The position numbers and the translations under genes are program-made. Positions 17,667-28,060 of a DNA stretch of 64,000 bases are shown in pieces. Each line of letters opens with the position of its first letter. Position 1 is the stretch's first letter. The DNA comes from Leptospiraceae bacterium (GTDB lineage: Bacteria > Spirochaetota > Leptospiria > Leptospirales > Leptonemataceae), in assembly GCA_040217195.1 (NCBI GenBank), contig JAVJNR010000004.1, positions 32,001 through 96,000 on the forward strand, given 5' to 3'. The notes beneath the pieces are model-generated. The model did no database searches and had not been told where the DNA came from. It saw only the letters and a list, made by a program, of their open reading frames with translations.

Positions 17667-19484
17667 TTAGGAGGATCCGGAACCGCCTGTCAGGGAACGA
17701 AGTCTCAATTCCTGCAATTGCTTGATTTCCACGGTAGATGGTGAATCGCTCATCAGGCAGGTACCTCTCTGAGTCTTGGGAAATGCAATAACATCTCGAA
17801 TGGAGTCCCGGTTCATAAATAGCATCATCACTCTATCCAGACCGAAGGCAATTCCTCCATGAGGAGGGGCACCGTATCGCAGAGCATTCAGTAAGAATCC
17901 AAAGCGTTCCTCTGCATCTTCCTGCGAGATACCCAGTGCATTGAGTACAGTCATTTGAGCGTCAAAACGATGTAAACGAATGGAGCCACCACCGACTTCG
18001 CTGCCATTGATTACCAGGTCATAGGCCCGACTACGAATCTTATCGCCTTCTTTCTTAAACCTTTCCGGATCTTCCAGGATGGCCATATCTTCGTCCACGG
18101 GCGCAGTAAAAGGATGGTGAACGCTATACAGCTCTCCATTTTCGTCTCGATCGAACAGTGGAAAGTCAGTAATCCAGGTCACGGCATAGGTATCCGCTGG
18201 AATCATGTTCAGTTGTTTGGCCAGGCGAAGACGCAGAGCCCCCAGGGTAGCATGTACGATGTATTCTTTGTCCGCACCAAAAAGGATTAGATCTCCTTCT
18301 TTAGATCCGGTGGCTTTCGAAAGTTCTTCCAGTTGATCCGCTTCAAAGAATTTCGAGATAACGGATTTTAAACCCTCTTTTTCGTGCTTGAGCCAGGCCA
18401 GACCGCCTGCCCTATAATCTGTTTGCACCCAGTGCGTAAGATCATCGATGTCTTTGCGCGAAAGTTTTGCCCCTCCGGGAACACAAAGAGCTTTTACTCT
18501 ACCGCCGGACTCCAGAGCTTTTTTGAACACACCAAAGTTAGAGCGCATTGCAATGTCAGCCACATCCACAAGCTTCATTTCAAAGCGAAGATCCGGCCGG
18601 TCGGAACCATAATCTTCCATGGCCTGATGATAACTCATTCTAGGAAATGGAGTGTTCAGTTTAACATCAAAAACAGTCTTCAATACGCTGGTCCACAGTC
18701 CTTCCAGCTCATCCATCACCATGTTTTCATCTACAAAGCTAAGCTCCATATCAAGCTGAGTAAACTCCGGCTGACGATCCGCTCGAAAGTCCTCATCTCT
18801 AAAGCATTTTACAATTTGAAAATAACGTTCCAGTCCACCTACCATCAGGAGCTGTTTGAAGATCTGAGGAGACTGGGGCAGAGCATAGAATTTCCCTGGA
18901 GATAGTCTGGCAGGAACCAGAAAATCTCTGGCACCTTCCGGAGTGGATTTGTTCAATACCGGGGTCTCAACCTCAAGGTACTGTCGTTGCTCCAGGTACG
19001 CTCGAATAGCCTGATTCAAACGGGAGCGCATAATCATAGCATCCCGTAACTCATCCCGGCGCATATCCAGGTAGCGAAACTTCAGTCGGGTCTCTTCTCC
19101 TACGTCTCCGTATTCATCCAGAGGAAATGGAAGAGCCTGGGACTTACTGAGAATTTCAAATTCCCCTACAAGAATCTCAACCTCACCAGTATTCAAAGAT
19201 GGGTTAATGGCCTCTTTGTCCCGGAGTCGAACCTTGCCATGTACGGCCAGGACGAACTCACTGCGGATGGTACTTGCCAGGTCAAATTCGGAAATCTCCG
19301 ATCGATCAAAAACCAGCTGAACAATGCCTGAGCGGTCTCTTAAATCTATGAAAATCAAACCACCCTGATCCCGGTAACGAAATACCCATCCCAGAACGTA
19401 GATTTCTTTTCCATCGTGACCTTTGTTCACATCATTGCAGTGAACTCGCTCTCTGTAGGCCTTATCCATCCAGCTTGCTACCAT
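17667..19484 (-). CDS. aspS: Aspartate--tRNA ligase
   Basis: FIDLRDRSG, STPEGARDFLVP, ALPQSPQIFKQLLM, GAPPHGGIAFGLDR. Confidence 0.98.
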   Translation of the reverse strand: MVASWMDKAYRERVHCNDVNKGHDGKEIYVLGWVFRYRDQGGLIFIDLRDRSGIVQLVFDRSEISEFDLASTIRSEFVLAVHGKVRLRDKEAINPSLNTGEVEILVGEFEILSKSQALPFPLDEYGDVGEETRLKFRYLDMRRDELRDAMIMRSRLNQAIRAYLEQRQYLEVETPVLNKSTPEGARDFLVPARLSPGKFYALPQSPQIFKQLLMVGGLERYFQIVKCFRDEDFRADRQPEFTQLDMELSFVDENMVMDELEGLWTSVLKTVFDVKLNTPFPRMSYHQAMEDYGSDRPDLRFEMKLVDVADIAMRSNFGVFKKALESGGRVKALCVPGGAKLSRKDIDDLTHWVQTDYRAGGLAWLKHEKEGLKSVISKFFEADQLEELSKATGSKEGDLILFGADKEYIVHATLGALRLRLAKQLNMIPADTYAVTWITDFPLFDRDENGELYSVHHPFTAPVDEDMAILEDPERFKKEGDKIRSRAYDLVINGSEVGGGSIRLHRFDAQMTVLNALGISQEDAEERFGFLLNALRYGAPPHGGIAFGLDRVMMLFMNRDSIRDVIAFPKTQRGTCLMSDSPSTVEIKQLQELRLRSLTGGSGSS

Positions 19485-19564
19485 ATGGTCTCATTTCTAC
19501 GGCGGTACATACAGGCGAGTAGAAAAATCGTTCACCGGCTGGGGCCCTGTTCTAAACCGGTCTC

Positions 19565-20779
19565 ATGCTGCATGGATTCCAGCCTTTCCCATCCTACACC
19601 GCTCAACGGGGAAGCCTGCGTCCGGCCAGAGGCTGGATTCTGATCTTTCTACTTTGCATATCCGTTGTTCAATGCCAGGAAACGCCGGAGGAAACCATTC
19701 TGCGCCTGGAACAGCAACTCCAGGCCGGCCGATTCAAAGAGACCAGAACAGAAATTGACCAATTGATTCAGCAGAACAACGAAGAGAATTCCCTGACTCT
19801 TTCTTCCAAACCTGCAGATCGTGTTTTTGCAGTGAGTCTCGATCATACAGCTTTTTCCTGGTACGAGAATGGAAAGCTGACTTACAGAACCCTGGGAATA
19901 GTAAAGGAAGTGGGCCTGCCTCAGAAGCCGGATCAAATCATACTTTCCTATTCAGGCAAGACAGCACTGGCGGAGTACAGAAACAGAGCCGGTAGCGAAG
20001 GAAAATGCAGCTACGATCTAATTCAACTGATTCAGGGAAGCATTAAACCGGATATCCTGGTCACAGATTGCGAAAATCAGCCTGCATTGACCGATACCGG
20101 TGATCGAGTGTATTTCTCGGACGGCAAGCATCTGTTTTTGAAGGATGTCACAGATGATAAAACTGCCATGGTAGTGCCCAGAGGAGCTTTCAAAGAGAAG
20201 TTCAAAAAAGTGAAGAACCGGTTTCATCTGGTGGGACTGCCTTCAGGCTCCATCTGGATATTTTATGGAGAGGCAGGGTACTATAACCTTTACTATTACA
20301 CGGGCACCGGTCGGCCGGAGCTTTTTATCGAAGGGGTTGCCAGTCCCCGGCTTTTTGGCTCAGTGCCTCGGAATTTTCTGGAAGGCGATGGAAATGAACA
20401 ACTCCAGGCAGAGAGCCTTTTTTCCGGCGATCCAGCTGTGTTTATGTACACCGGTGCTGCCGGAAATTACAAACTTCAAATGGTGAATCTACCCAATCAA
20501 AAAGGTCCGGAATACGATGTAGGAGTCCGGGATGATCTATTTTATGTCGCGGAAAAAGAGGAATTCCTTTTGCAAAGGAAGGATTATCTCAGTTTCCTCA
20601 ACCCAACGAGCAGAAAATACACACAACTTCCTCTGGAAGTAAAAAGAATCTTTGTATATTCAGAGGGTGTAGCTTACGTTGATCTGGAAGGCAAGCTACT
20701 GCTTAGATCCAGAGGATTTTCAGATTTCGAAAAAAATCTGCACCGACTTAAAGAAGAAGTGGCCTCCGAGAGTCGATAA
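19565..20779 (+). CDS. Hypothetical lipoprotein, possibly beta-propeller
   Basis: Hydrophobic stretch ending VVQC; beta-strand-rich body; start uncertain. Confidence 0.65.
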   Translation: MLHGFQPFPSYTAQRGSLRPARGWILIFLLCISVVQCQETPEETILRLEQQLQAGRFKETRTEIDQLIQQNNEENSLTLSSKPADRVFAVSLDHTAFSWYENGKLTYRTLGIVKEVGLPQKPDQIILSYSGKTALAEYRNRAGSEGKCSYDLIQLIQGSIKPDILVTDCENQPALTDTGDRVYFSDGKHLFLKDVTDDKTAMVVPRGAFKEKFKKVKNRFHLVGLPSGSIWIFYGEAGYYNLYYYTGTGRPELFIEGVASPRLFGSVPRNFLEGDGNEQLQAESLFSGDPAVFMYTGAAGNYKLQMVNLPNQKGPEYDVGVRDDLFYVAEKEEFLLQRKDYLSFLNPTSRKYTQLPLEVKRIFVYSEGVAYVDLEGKLLLRSRGFSDFEKNLHRLKEEVASESR

Positions 20780-20801
20780 TCGTACCGATTCGGGGAGAAT
20801 T

Positions 20802-21434
20802 ATGCGAACACAAAAATTAACCATTCTATTGCTCTGCGGCCTACTGGCACTGAGCGGATGTACCAGCGACGATGAAGTTGCCGAAGGGGATCTGATCGGA
20901 CCTCTGGTGGGCACGGACGGATATATCACTTTTTTTGCAGAACTGGATAATGATCAGACTCCGTACTGCGGCGAATCCAAAGCGGAATCTTCGGACTCTG
21001 AAAGCGGTTCCAGTTCCAGTTCAGAGGATGCAGACAGCTTTGATATAGAAAGCTTCTACACATTCAAATATGGCGAACAGATGATCCTTCGCTATACCTA
21101 TGACCGCTATAGAACTAAGTACAGTCTCACTCCCATCTCGGCCACCAGTCAGACCTGCTCAACAACAGATGGAATTACCTGCGATGGAGTGGGTCCACTC
21201 ACCTGTCAGACTTCCGATGGGCTTACCTGTGGGCTTTCCAAGACTTTTATATTTGTAAGTACCTGGCAGGGAATTTCCTTCACCGCATCCAGCGGTAGCA
21301 TCAGCTGGAGGGATGGATTTTCCCTATCCACCGATAACAGTACCGTTCAGTATGCGGATCTGGAAATGAATATGGTGGATGCTTCCGGAACGATCTTCCG
21401 AGGAACAGTCAGGTGCAGAAGTGATCTCAACTAA
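20802..21434 (+). CDS. Cys-rich lipoprotein
   Basis: GGGGAG RBS; MRTQK..LALSGC lipobox; twice C-x2-[TS]DG[IL]TC. Confidence 0.75.
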   Translation: MRTQKLTILLLCGLLALSGCTSDDEVAEGDLIGPLVGTDGYITFFAELDNDQTPYCGESKAESSDSESGSSSSSEDADSFDIESFYTFKYGEQMILRYTYDRYRTKYSLTPISATSQTCSTTDGITCDGVGPLTCQTSDGLTCGLSKTFIFVSTWQGISFTASSGSISWRDGFSLSTDNSTVQYADLEMNMVDASGTIFRGTVRCRSDLN

Positions 21435-21446
21435 GCATCTGAATCC

Positions 21447-22601
21447 ATGACCCGAACAAGACCCACCCTTACCGTAATTCTACCAACCTATAACGAATCT
21501 GCAAACCTGCCTATTCTCCTGGGAAATCTGAAGACTACTCTGTCTCAAATTTCCCATGAGATTCTGGTGGTGGATGATAACAGCCCGGATCGCACCTGGG
21601 AGATTGCAGAGGATATTGCTGCAGGCGACGATACCATTCGTGTGATTCGTCGCATTACGGATCGCGGACTATCCAGCGCGGTGATTACTGGAATGGAAGT
21701 GGCCGAAGGGGAAATATTTGCTGTAATGGATGCTGACCTGCAGCACGATGAAAACCTGTTACCTGGAATGGTGAAGGCGCTACAGGGCGGCTATGACCTG
21801 GTGGTTGGCTCGCGTGCAGAAGAAGGCGGAAGCTATGGTCAGTGGTCCAAGAGGCGACGATTCATTAGCTGGGTGGCCACTTTCCTGGCCCGAGTATTTC
21901 TGCCACTGGAAATCAAAGATCCTATGAGTGGTTTCTTTGCACTGAAGCGAGAAGTATTTGAGAAATCGGCCAATCGAATCAACCCCAGGGGATTCAAGAT
22001 TCTATTGGAATTTGTGGCAAGAAGTCCAGGCCTAAAGATGAAGGAGCTTGGATATCACTTTCGCAATCGACAGCATGGAGAAACCAAGCTCAGCGGCTCG
22101 GTGGTGCGAAACTATCTGGTAGCTCTGTTTGATTTAAGATTCGGTCATGTACTTTCATCTACGTTTGCCATGTATGTTTCGGTGGGAGCCACCGGTATTA
22201 TCGTAAACACATTGGGCTTCTATTTCGGAGAGGCTCTGGATTTTCCCAAAGTGGATACAGGGCTTCTGGATGCTCTGGGACCTGTACATCTTTCCGTACC
22301 GTTCGGTTATCAGCTGGCTATCGTATCCAATTATCTACTGAACAACTATTTGACCTTTTTCGAAGTTCGTCACAGACGATGGGATTTACTCAAGGGCCTA
22401 CTTTACTTCGAGCTAATCTCATTGCTGGGGCTTTTTGTGCAAATCAGCGTTTTTCAATTATTGTATACAAATGGATTTCTGGGCTCCACAGATTCAGAAG
22501 CTATCAGTAAATACGGCGCTTATGCTGTTGGCCTGGCGGCAGCCACTGTCAGCAATTACTTCCTGAATAAGAACTTCACCTGGAAGGACTTTCGATCATG
22601 A
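21447..22601 (+). CDS. Polyprenol-phosphate glycosyltransferase (GT2, Dpm1-like) fused to a GtrA domain
   Basis: ILPTYNE, VVDDNSPDRT, MDADLQHD, DPMSGFF; C-terminal VGATG..VN, NYLLNN..TF, NYFLNKNFTW. Confidence 0.9.
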   Translation: MTRTRPTLTVILPTYNESANLPILLGNLKTTLSQISHEILVVDDNSPDRTWEIAEDIAAGDDTIRVIRRITDRGLSSAVITGMEVAEGEIFAVMDADLQHDENLLPGMVKALQGGYDLVVGSRAEEGGSYGQWSKRRRFISWVATFLARVFLPLEIKDPMSGFFALKREVFEKSANRINPRGFKILLEFVARSPGLKMKELGYHFRNRQHGETKLSGSVVRNYLVALFDLRFGHVLSSTFAMYVSVGATGIIVNTLGFYFGEALDFPKVDTGLLDALGPVHLSVPFGYQLAIVSNYLLNNYLTFFEVRHRRWDLLKGLLYFELISLLGLFVQISVFQLLYTNGFLGSTDSEAISKYGAYAVGLAAATVSNYFLNKNFTWKDFRS

Positions 22602-23743
22602 AACTAGAAAACGGCACACCCGAAATCAATAAACAGTATCCGACATTGGGCCGTTTCCGGTGGAGGAATCCAGCATGGTCTGCGACATTGATTATAATAA
22701 TTACGACGTTGATACAATGTGGAACCGCCGCTACCATCGCCTCCATTGATCGCCCTCGCCCGATTATCGATCTTGGTCGTGTTGTTCTGGAGCCAATGCA
22801 GAAGTCTTCGGATGGTCAGGCCAGAGTCATTGTCCGAAAAACCCGGGAAGGTCAGGACTATATGCTTTTGAACCTTTCTTTTCAAGGCGCAGGCATCCAT
22901 CTTGTAGAAGCAATCAAGCAAGGCAGGATTCTGGAGCACCGAATCATTGTGCGAAATGCAAAAGGAGAGATCCTGGGTACCAACCCGATTAATTTTCAGG
23001 CAGTGAAAGTAACCAGAACCAGAATTCAGCAAGATGAACAGGAAGTTCTGGTTACAGAAGAAAACACTACAGTACCTTTTGAAGAGGCGGCAGGAGAAAC
23101 GGAAACCGTTAAGCGTAGCTATTCTCTAAGATCCTTTGATGAAGATGATCGAATTCCTCAGTCCATTGTTCTGACGAAAGTGCCTCAAGCAGGAGACTAT
23201 GTAACCGTCTACATCGAATTGAGCCTTGTAGATCCAGTGCTACAGGAACTGTGCACAACTATTGAATCTGGAGCCTGCCCCAGAGCACATTCCATGCCTT
23301 TTCGAGAAGTGCAACAGGACAATGAGGATGCCCTGAATGAAATCATTCAGCGATACAAAAATTATGAGAAAGGCCCGTTTCGCTTCTCTCTGAAGAAAAC
23401 TCCCGATTACTACAGAGATTCCATCAAAGAAGAAATCGAAAAACTAAACGAAAGAGATACTCATGATCGGTATACTCAATTCCAGACTCCGGCTGGTAAT
23501 AAATTCGAAGGCTACTCTAACGTCGCTAGAACTGGAAGCAAGGTGTTCTATCGAGAGTGGAAACTGGTGGGAGAGCCCCGGTACTTTCAGGTTTCTCTGG
23601 AAAAGGATGTGGTAGAATCCATCGAGCAGAAGGAAAAGAAAGAGCAGGCTAAAAAGAAACAGGACCTGGAAGGTAGAGATGACATGCTGCGTAACCCGGA
23701 AGGATCCTACGATGAAGTCTACAAACCAGAGGGCGGCTATTAG
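22598..23743 (+). CDS. Hypothetical exported/lipoprotein
   Basis: 381-aa ORF, ATGA overlap with upstream gene, hydrophobic stretch ending LIQC. Confidence 0.65.
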   Translation: MKLENGTPEINKQYPTLGRFRWRNPAWSATLIIIITTLIQCGTAATIASIDRPRPIIDLGRVVLEPMQKSSDGQARVIVRKTREGQDYMLLNLSFQGAGIHLVEAIKQGRILEHRIIVRNAKGEILGTNPINFQAVKVTRTRIQQDEQEVLVTEENTTVPFEEAAGETETVKRSYSLRSFDEDDRIPQSIVLTKVPQAGDYVTVYIELSLVDPVLQELCTTIESGACPRAHSMPFREVQQDNEDALNEIIQRYKNYEKGPFRFSLKKTPDYYRDSIKEEIEKLNERDTHDRYTQFQTPAGNKFEGYSNVARTGSKVFYREWKLVGEPRYFQVSLEKDVVESIEQKEKKEQAKKKQDLEGRDDMLRNPEGSYDEVYKPEGGY

Positions 23744-23848
23744 AAGCCCATGGTAAATCGAGTATCAGATTAGACCGGTGCTTCCCGGTGTAGAACGTAA
23801 TTCTGGAAATCCGGCTCTGGAATGGGCCATTAATCTCCGGAGTTGAGC

Positions 23849-24790
23849 CTATAGATCCAGAACATCACCCTGTTTTGCAAGTAACAGTTCCAGCTTATTT
23901 CCGTACTGTTTATTGTGCTCCACCGCTTCCTCGAATAGCTTATAAGTAGTGAAATCATCGTGGGCCGGTTCGTGGTGAGTCAGGGCCAGCTTTTTAATTC
24001 CCCATTCTATAGCACAATCCACAGCAATGACCATTGCTGTATGCCCCCATCCGATTTTCTGTTCGGACTCCTTGAGCGAGTACTGTGCATCCATAATCAA
24101 TAGATCAGCGTTCTTGAAAAATGGCTTCTTGGCCTTGATCAAATCCTCCAGATCCGGACCGTAGAATTCTGTATCTGTGGCAAATATGAAAGTCTTGCCT
24201 TCCCGATCCACTCTGTAGGAAGTACTGCCTCCGGGATGAATCAGTGCTTCGGTCTTAATATCGAATTCACCAACCTTGAAGCTGTCTCCCTGTTCGTAAG
24301 TATGGAAGGTCTTATCCGCCATCATCTGCTCGAAGCTCAAAGGAAAGAATTCGAATTGCTGCTGGCTGGTAAAACGCTTCTGGCAATCCGGAATGCAGGA
24401 ATGAAAATGCACATGATTTCCAGGAATGAATCCAGGGGCAAAGAAAGGCCAGCCCTGAATATGATCCCAGTGTGTATGGGTCATTAGAATATGCAGATCC
24501 CCTTTATGGCCGCGGGCCATCATATCATAGCCCAGCCTTCTGGCTCCGGTTCCCATATCAAATATCAATTGCTCATCGCCGCTACGAACCTCTACGCAGG
24601 TTGTATCGCCGCCTACGATACCGGCCAGGGGAGGCGACAAACTTTCATAGACTTCATCCACGGAAAGCTCAGGATCCTTCTTCCACGCAGCTCTGGCCTT
24701 ATCCAGTATTTCATGGACTCGACTTCTGTAATCCCGGGGATCCAGAGGGGATGGCAGGGAGCCTCGGACACCCCATAATTTTATTTGCAC
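23849..24790 (-). CDS. MBL-fold metallo-hydrolase
   Basis: WGVRGSLP, GGDTTCVEV, THTHWDHIQG, DAQY, GWGH, HHEP. Confidence 0.9.
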   Translation of the reverse strand: MQIKLWGVRGSLPSPLDPRDYRSRVHEILDKARAAWKKDPELSVDEVYESLSPPLAGIVGGDTTCVEVRSGDEQLIFDMGTGARRLGYDMMARGHKGDLHILMTHTHWDHIQGWPFFAPGFIPGNHVHFHSCIPDCQKRFTSQQQFEFFPLSFEQMMADKTFHTYEQGDSFKVGEFDIKTEALIHPGGSTSYRVDREGKTFIFATDTEFYGPDLEDLIKAKKPFFKNADLLIMDAQYSLKESEQKIGWGHTAMVIAVDCAIEWGIKKLALTHHEPAHDDFTTYKLFEEAVEHNKQYGNKLELLLAKQGDVLDL

Positions 24791-24883
24791 CGATTCATCC
24801 TCATAGAGCAGTGTTTCTTCTCAAACAGGCGTACTCTTGTATTTTCGGCCACTTTTGGACCGTATAGTTGGAAAAAAGCAATC

Positions 24884-25576
24884 ATGACCTCCTTAACACT
24901 ACAAAAGAAATTGTTCCATATTGCATCCAGACGCAGGAAATTCCTGGAGCACAGGGCCGTTATCTCCTGGCAGGAATTTCGAGCCCTGAGAGAAGATGAG
25001 ATCTTTACCAGAACCGACAATCCCAGGGTTCTGGAACTGGGTAGTGGATGGGGCGAATTTGCCATTCAATGGGCCCAGACTCATCCAGAGCAGGAATTTG
25101 TGGCCATGGAGATCAAGCCGGATCGCATATCCTCCACTCTAAAAAAAATCGATAACCTGGGACTGGAAAATCTGAAAATCCTTCCGATCAACTTCTCCTG
25201 GTTTCTGGAGGAGCTATTTCCGGCTCATACCTTTGACACAGTGTTTGTAAATTTTCCGGATCCCTGGCCCAAGAAGAGACACTGGAAACATCGACTGGTG
25301 CAGCCTTCCTTTCCTGAAACAATTCATAGACTTATGAGGGGCCATGGTTTGTTACATCTTGCCACAGATCATGGTCCTTACAGCAGACGAATTCTCCAGA
25401 GATTTAGAGAATATCCCGATCTTTGGAAAAGCAGAATACCGGCACCTGGCTATACTCTGAACAGGCCAGAAGAAATACCGGAAACCAGGTTTGAGAGAAT
25501 TCAAACCCGGCTGGGCTTTAAGCCCAGATTCATGCAATGGGAGCGATTAGATGAGCGATTCGCAAAAAGCCAATGA
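24884..25576 (+). CDS. trmB: tRNA (guanine-N7)-methyltransferase
   Basis: LELGSGWGEF, NFPDPWPKKRHWKHRLV, ATD, TRFE. Confidence 0.92.
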   Translation: MTSLTLQKKLFHIASRRRKFLEHRAVISWQEFRALREDEIFTRTDNPRVLELGSGWGEFAIQWAQTHPEQEFVAMEIKPDRISSTLKKIDNLGLENLKILPINFSWFLEELFPAHTFDTVFVNFPDPWPKKRHWKHRLVQPSFPETIHRLMRGHGLLHLATDHGPYSRRILQRFREYPDLWKSRIPAPGYTLNRPEEIPETRFERIQTRLGFKPRFMQWERLDERFAKSQ

Positions 25577-25802
25577 AAAAGCTGTACCTTCCGGTTCGCC
25601 GGCGGACAATTCCGGTAAAGGTAAGCGAATCAGTCGTCAGACCATTGAAACGCTGATAGAACAGAACCGTCGGATGCGAGACCTCCTGGAAAGCTGGCCC
25701 CCTCGAAAGATCATGATGGGATTTGAAAAGGATTGGAATGAAAAAAGGAAGCGATTCCTGGATAATAATTCTCCTGTTTCTCTGGGGTCCGATCAGGAAT
25801 GA
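25551..25802 (+). CDS. Small hypothetical protein
   Basis: 83-aa ORF overlapping both neighbours in an apparent operon. Confidence 0.5.
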   Translation: MSDSQKANEKAVPSGSPADNSGKGKRISRQTIETLIEQNRRMRDLLESWPPRKIMMGFEKDWNEKRKRFLDNNSPVSLGSDQE

Positions 25803-27712
25803 TTCCTGTTTTATTTCTGCTTTTTCTGGCAGGCCTTTCCTTTACTACCCCTGGAAACCTGGGTTTTGGACTCAAGCATTACCACGGACATGCAGCAATT
25901 ATTCTAATTCTGCTGCCTCTGGCCCTGCCATTTGAAACCTATCTTCGAAACACTCCTCTGGTGCGAAAGCTAGAGGCATGGAGTCATAGCCCTTACCCGG
26001 GTCGTTTTCCCTTTACCAGACCTACCTGGCGCAGCATTCTCTGGACCCCGGTTATTGCTCCTCTGCTTTTTTATGGACTCTGGATTATTCGGATGAGGCG
26101 TTTTCTACCACCTCCGGAGGGTCTTGGAGATAGCCTGCTGCTTCTGGAGCATCTACCGGCCCATGCAATTCATCTGGGTTATCTTGGAACCTTCGATGAA
26201 ATCCTGGCTCTGTTCTGGCGCTCCAGGATATATCTCTGGCTGAACAATAGTACCGGTATGTCAGCTGCAGATTCCATCGGTCTGGTAAGTTGCCTGGTGG
26301 GAACTCTACATGGTCTGGCAGTATATCTATTCACGGATCGCCTTAAACCTGTAAGACGTCTGGCAGCCATTGCATTACTTTTCTGCGTTCCTGCGATGCA
26401 ACTGTATGCCGGATACGTAGAGAATTATAGTTCTGCTTCCTTTTTTCTATTCCTTACCGTTGTTACTGGAATTGTGCAGCTGGAGCGATGGAAAGCGGAT
26501 CGACCGGTGTATCCAGAGTATCCTGCACTTTTCGCAGCACTGGGTGCAGCCCACCATATGATCGTTGTATTTTCGCTACCGGCTCTTCTATTGCTGGTTC
26601 TCATTCTTTCCAGCAAATCGAGGAAGATCAACTGGAAAGAATTTTTGGTCCTGTCTTCCCGGGCGGCCGTTGCAGGCCTACTGGTTCTGGGCATAGTATG
26701 GTACTATTTCTTTTTTGTGATCTCCAACCCGATTGAGTTGCATAAGTCCTTCGCATTTCAGCCAGCTCTGTATCCCATTAAGAAGTTAATCTCTTTCAGT
26801 CATCTAATAGAAGGATTAAATGTACTGGTACTGGTGGCTCCGGCAATCATTGGATTGAGCGGTGTATGGCTACCAGGTCCTGGAATCTGGATTCCAGAAG
26901 CCCTGGCATGCCTGCGAAAATTGCCCCGGAATATCAAAGAAAGTATCGAGAAAGCACAGGACGGAATCGGAAAAAAATCAGATCCGGAACAGCCCTCCGA
27001 GGATGGGGGCAATCAGAGGCAAGAACCGTTATCGGAGCAGTCCAGCAAATCTAGTTTCCGGTTCAAGCTATGGAAAGCAATGGCCGGGCTTTTTGATCGA
27101 TTCTGGCAATATGCTGAGAAGCAACCTGCAGAGGTATTTTCTCTGGCCGTTTTTTTCTGTTTTCTGGGCCATAGCTTTATCTGGAACCCGGTGATTGGCT
27201 TTCCTGCAGACTGGGATCTATTTTCATTCTACCAGGGGCCTCTGCATATTTTTCTTTATCTGCGAATCTTTGTTCGTGAAGAGGCCTTTCTATTTCTGTG
27301 GCTCAGAAGGGCCCTTCTATTTACCCTGCTTCCTGCATTTCTATGGATTTCCGAGAATGCACGGTATTCCCGCGAAAGCCAGTTTCACATCGCCCAGGCC
27401 AACAGAAACCTGGTTCAATTTCTGGGTCTGATGCAAACCGAAAGCATATTCTTTCGCATCCCTACTCTGCAGAGACAACGCACCTATATTGAAGTGCGAA
27501 TGTTCATTGTGAGAGCCTGGAATCAAATACCCTATCTTCGGGTATCCGAAGATAAGAAAGATGAACTGAGGGAACGCCTGAGGCAGGGACTTATGAGATT
27601 TCAATCCCTATCTTTACAGAGCAAGGAAATCTACGATGAGCAACTTCCCGACGTTTACTATTTTCTGGGCGATTTAAATGCTGAAATAAGTGAGTTGCAG
27701 AGAATTCGCTAG
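25799..27712 (+). CDS. Polytopic membrane protein, possibly GT-C fold
   Basis: About 12 hydrophobic segments; GYVENY and DWDLFS loop motifs. Confidence 0.6.
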   Translation: MIPVLFLLFLAGLSFTTPGNLGFGLKHYHGHAAIILILLPLALPFETYLRNTPLVRKLEAWSHSPYPGRFPFTRPTWRSILWTPVIAPLLFYGLWIIRMRRFLPPPEGLGDSLLLLEHLPAHAIHLGYLGTFDEILALFWRSRIYLWLNNSTGMSAADSIGLVSCLVGTLHGLAVYLFTDRLKPVRRLAAIALLFCVPAMQLYAGYVENYSSASFFLFLTVVTGIVQLERWKADRPVYPEYPALFAALGAAHHMIVVFSLPALLLLVLILSSKSRKINWKEFLVLSSRAAVAGLLVLGIVWYYFFFVISNPIELHKSFAFQPALYPIKKLISFSHLIEGLNVLVLVAPAIIGLSGVWLPGPGIWIPEALACLRKLPRNIKESIEKAQDGIGKKSDPEQPSEDGGNQRQEPLSEQSSKSSFRFKLWKAMAGLFDRFWQYAEKQPAEVFSLAVFFCFLGHSFIWNPVIGFPADWDLFSFYQGPLHIFLYLRIFVREEAFLFLWLRRALLFTLLPAFLWISENARYSRESQFHIAQANRNLVQFLGLMQTESIFFRIPTLQRQRTYIEVRMFIVRAWNQIPYLRVSEDKKDELRERLRQGLMRFQSLSLQSKEIYDEQLPDVYYFLGDLNAEISELQRIR

Positions 27713-27778
27713 AAACCTGCCAGAGCCTGTTTCAGGGCTCCGGGTTGGTATCAGGGCGCCGAATTGAGGGTCCTCGGC

Positions 27779-28042
27779 TTAATCGGACACAGACAGGAAC
27801 AATGCAGATGTGCTGCAACGGGCATCACAATCGGCTGTACAGATCTGAAAGGCCCGGAAATCTGATCCATCCCCCGGATAACCTGTAGTAGTGCTACAGG
27901 TATCGTAACAGGAATCAATACCGGTGGGGCAAAGCACCAGATACTCGATTAGAGCTTCCTGAGTTGCATCAGGATCTTTCTTGCACTGCCCGAAAGAGAA
28001 GGCTACTATGCTGATAAGAAGAATGATTGCGATTCGACCCAT
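27779..28042 (-). CDS. Small Cys-rich lipoprotein
   Basis: MGRIAIILL..FGQC; six further Cys. Confidence 0.65.
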   Translation of the reverse strand: MGRIAIILLISIVAFSFGQCKKDPDATQEALIEYLVLCPTGIDSCYDTCSTTTGYPGDGSDFRAFQICTADCDARCSTSALFLSVSD

Positions 28043-28060
28043 GTCCCACCAATTCCCGAA

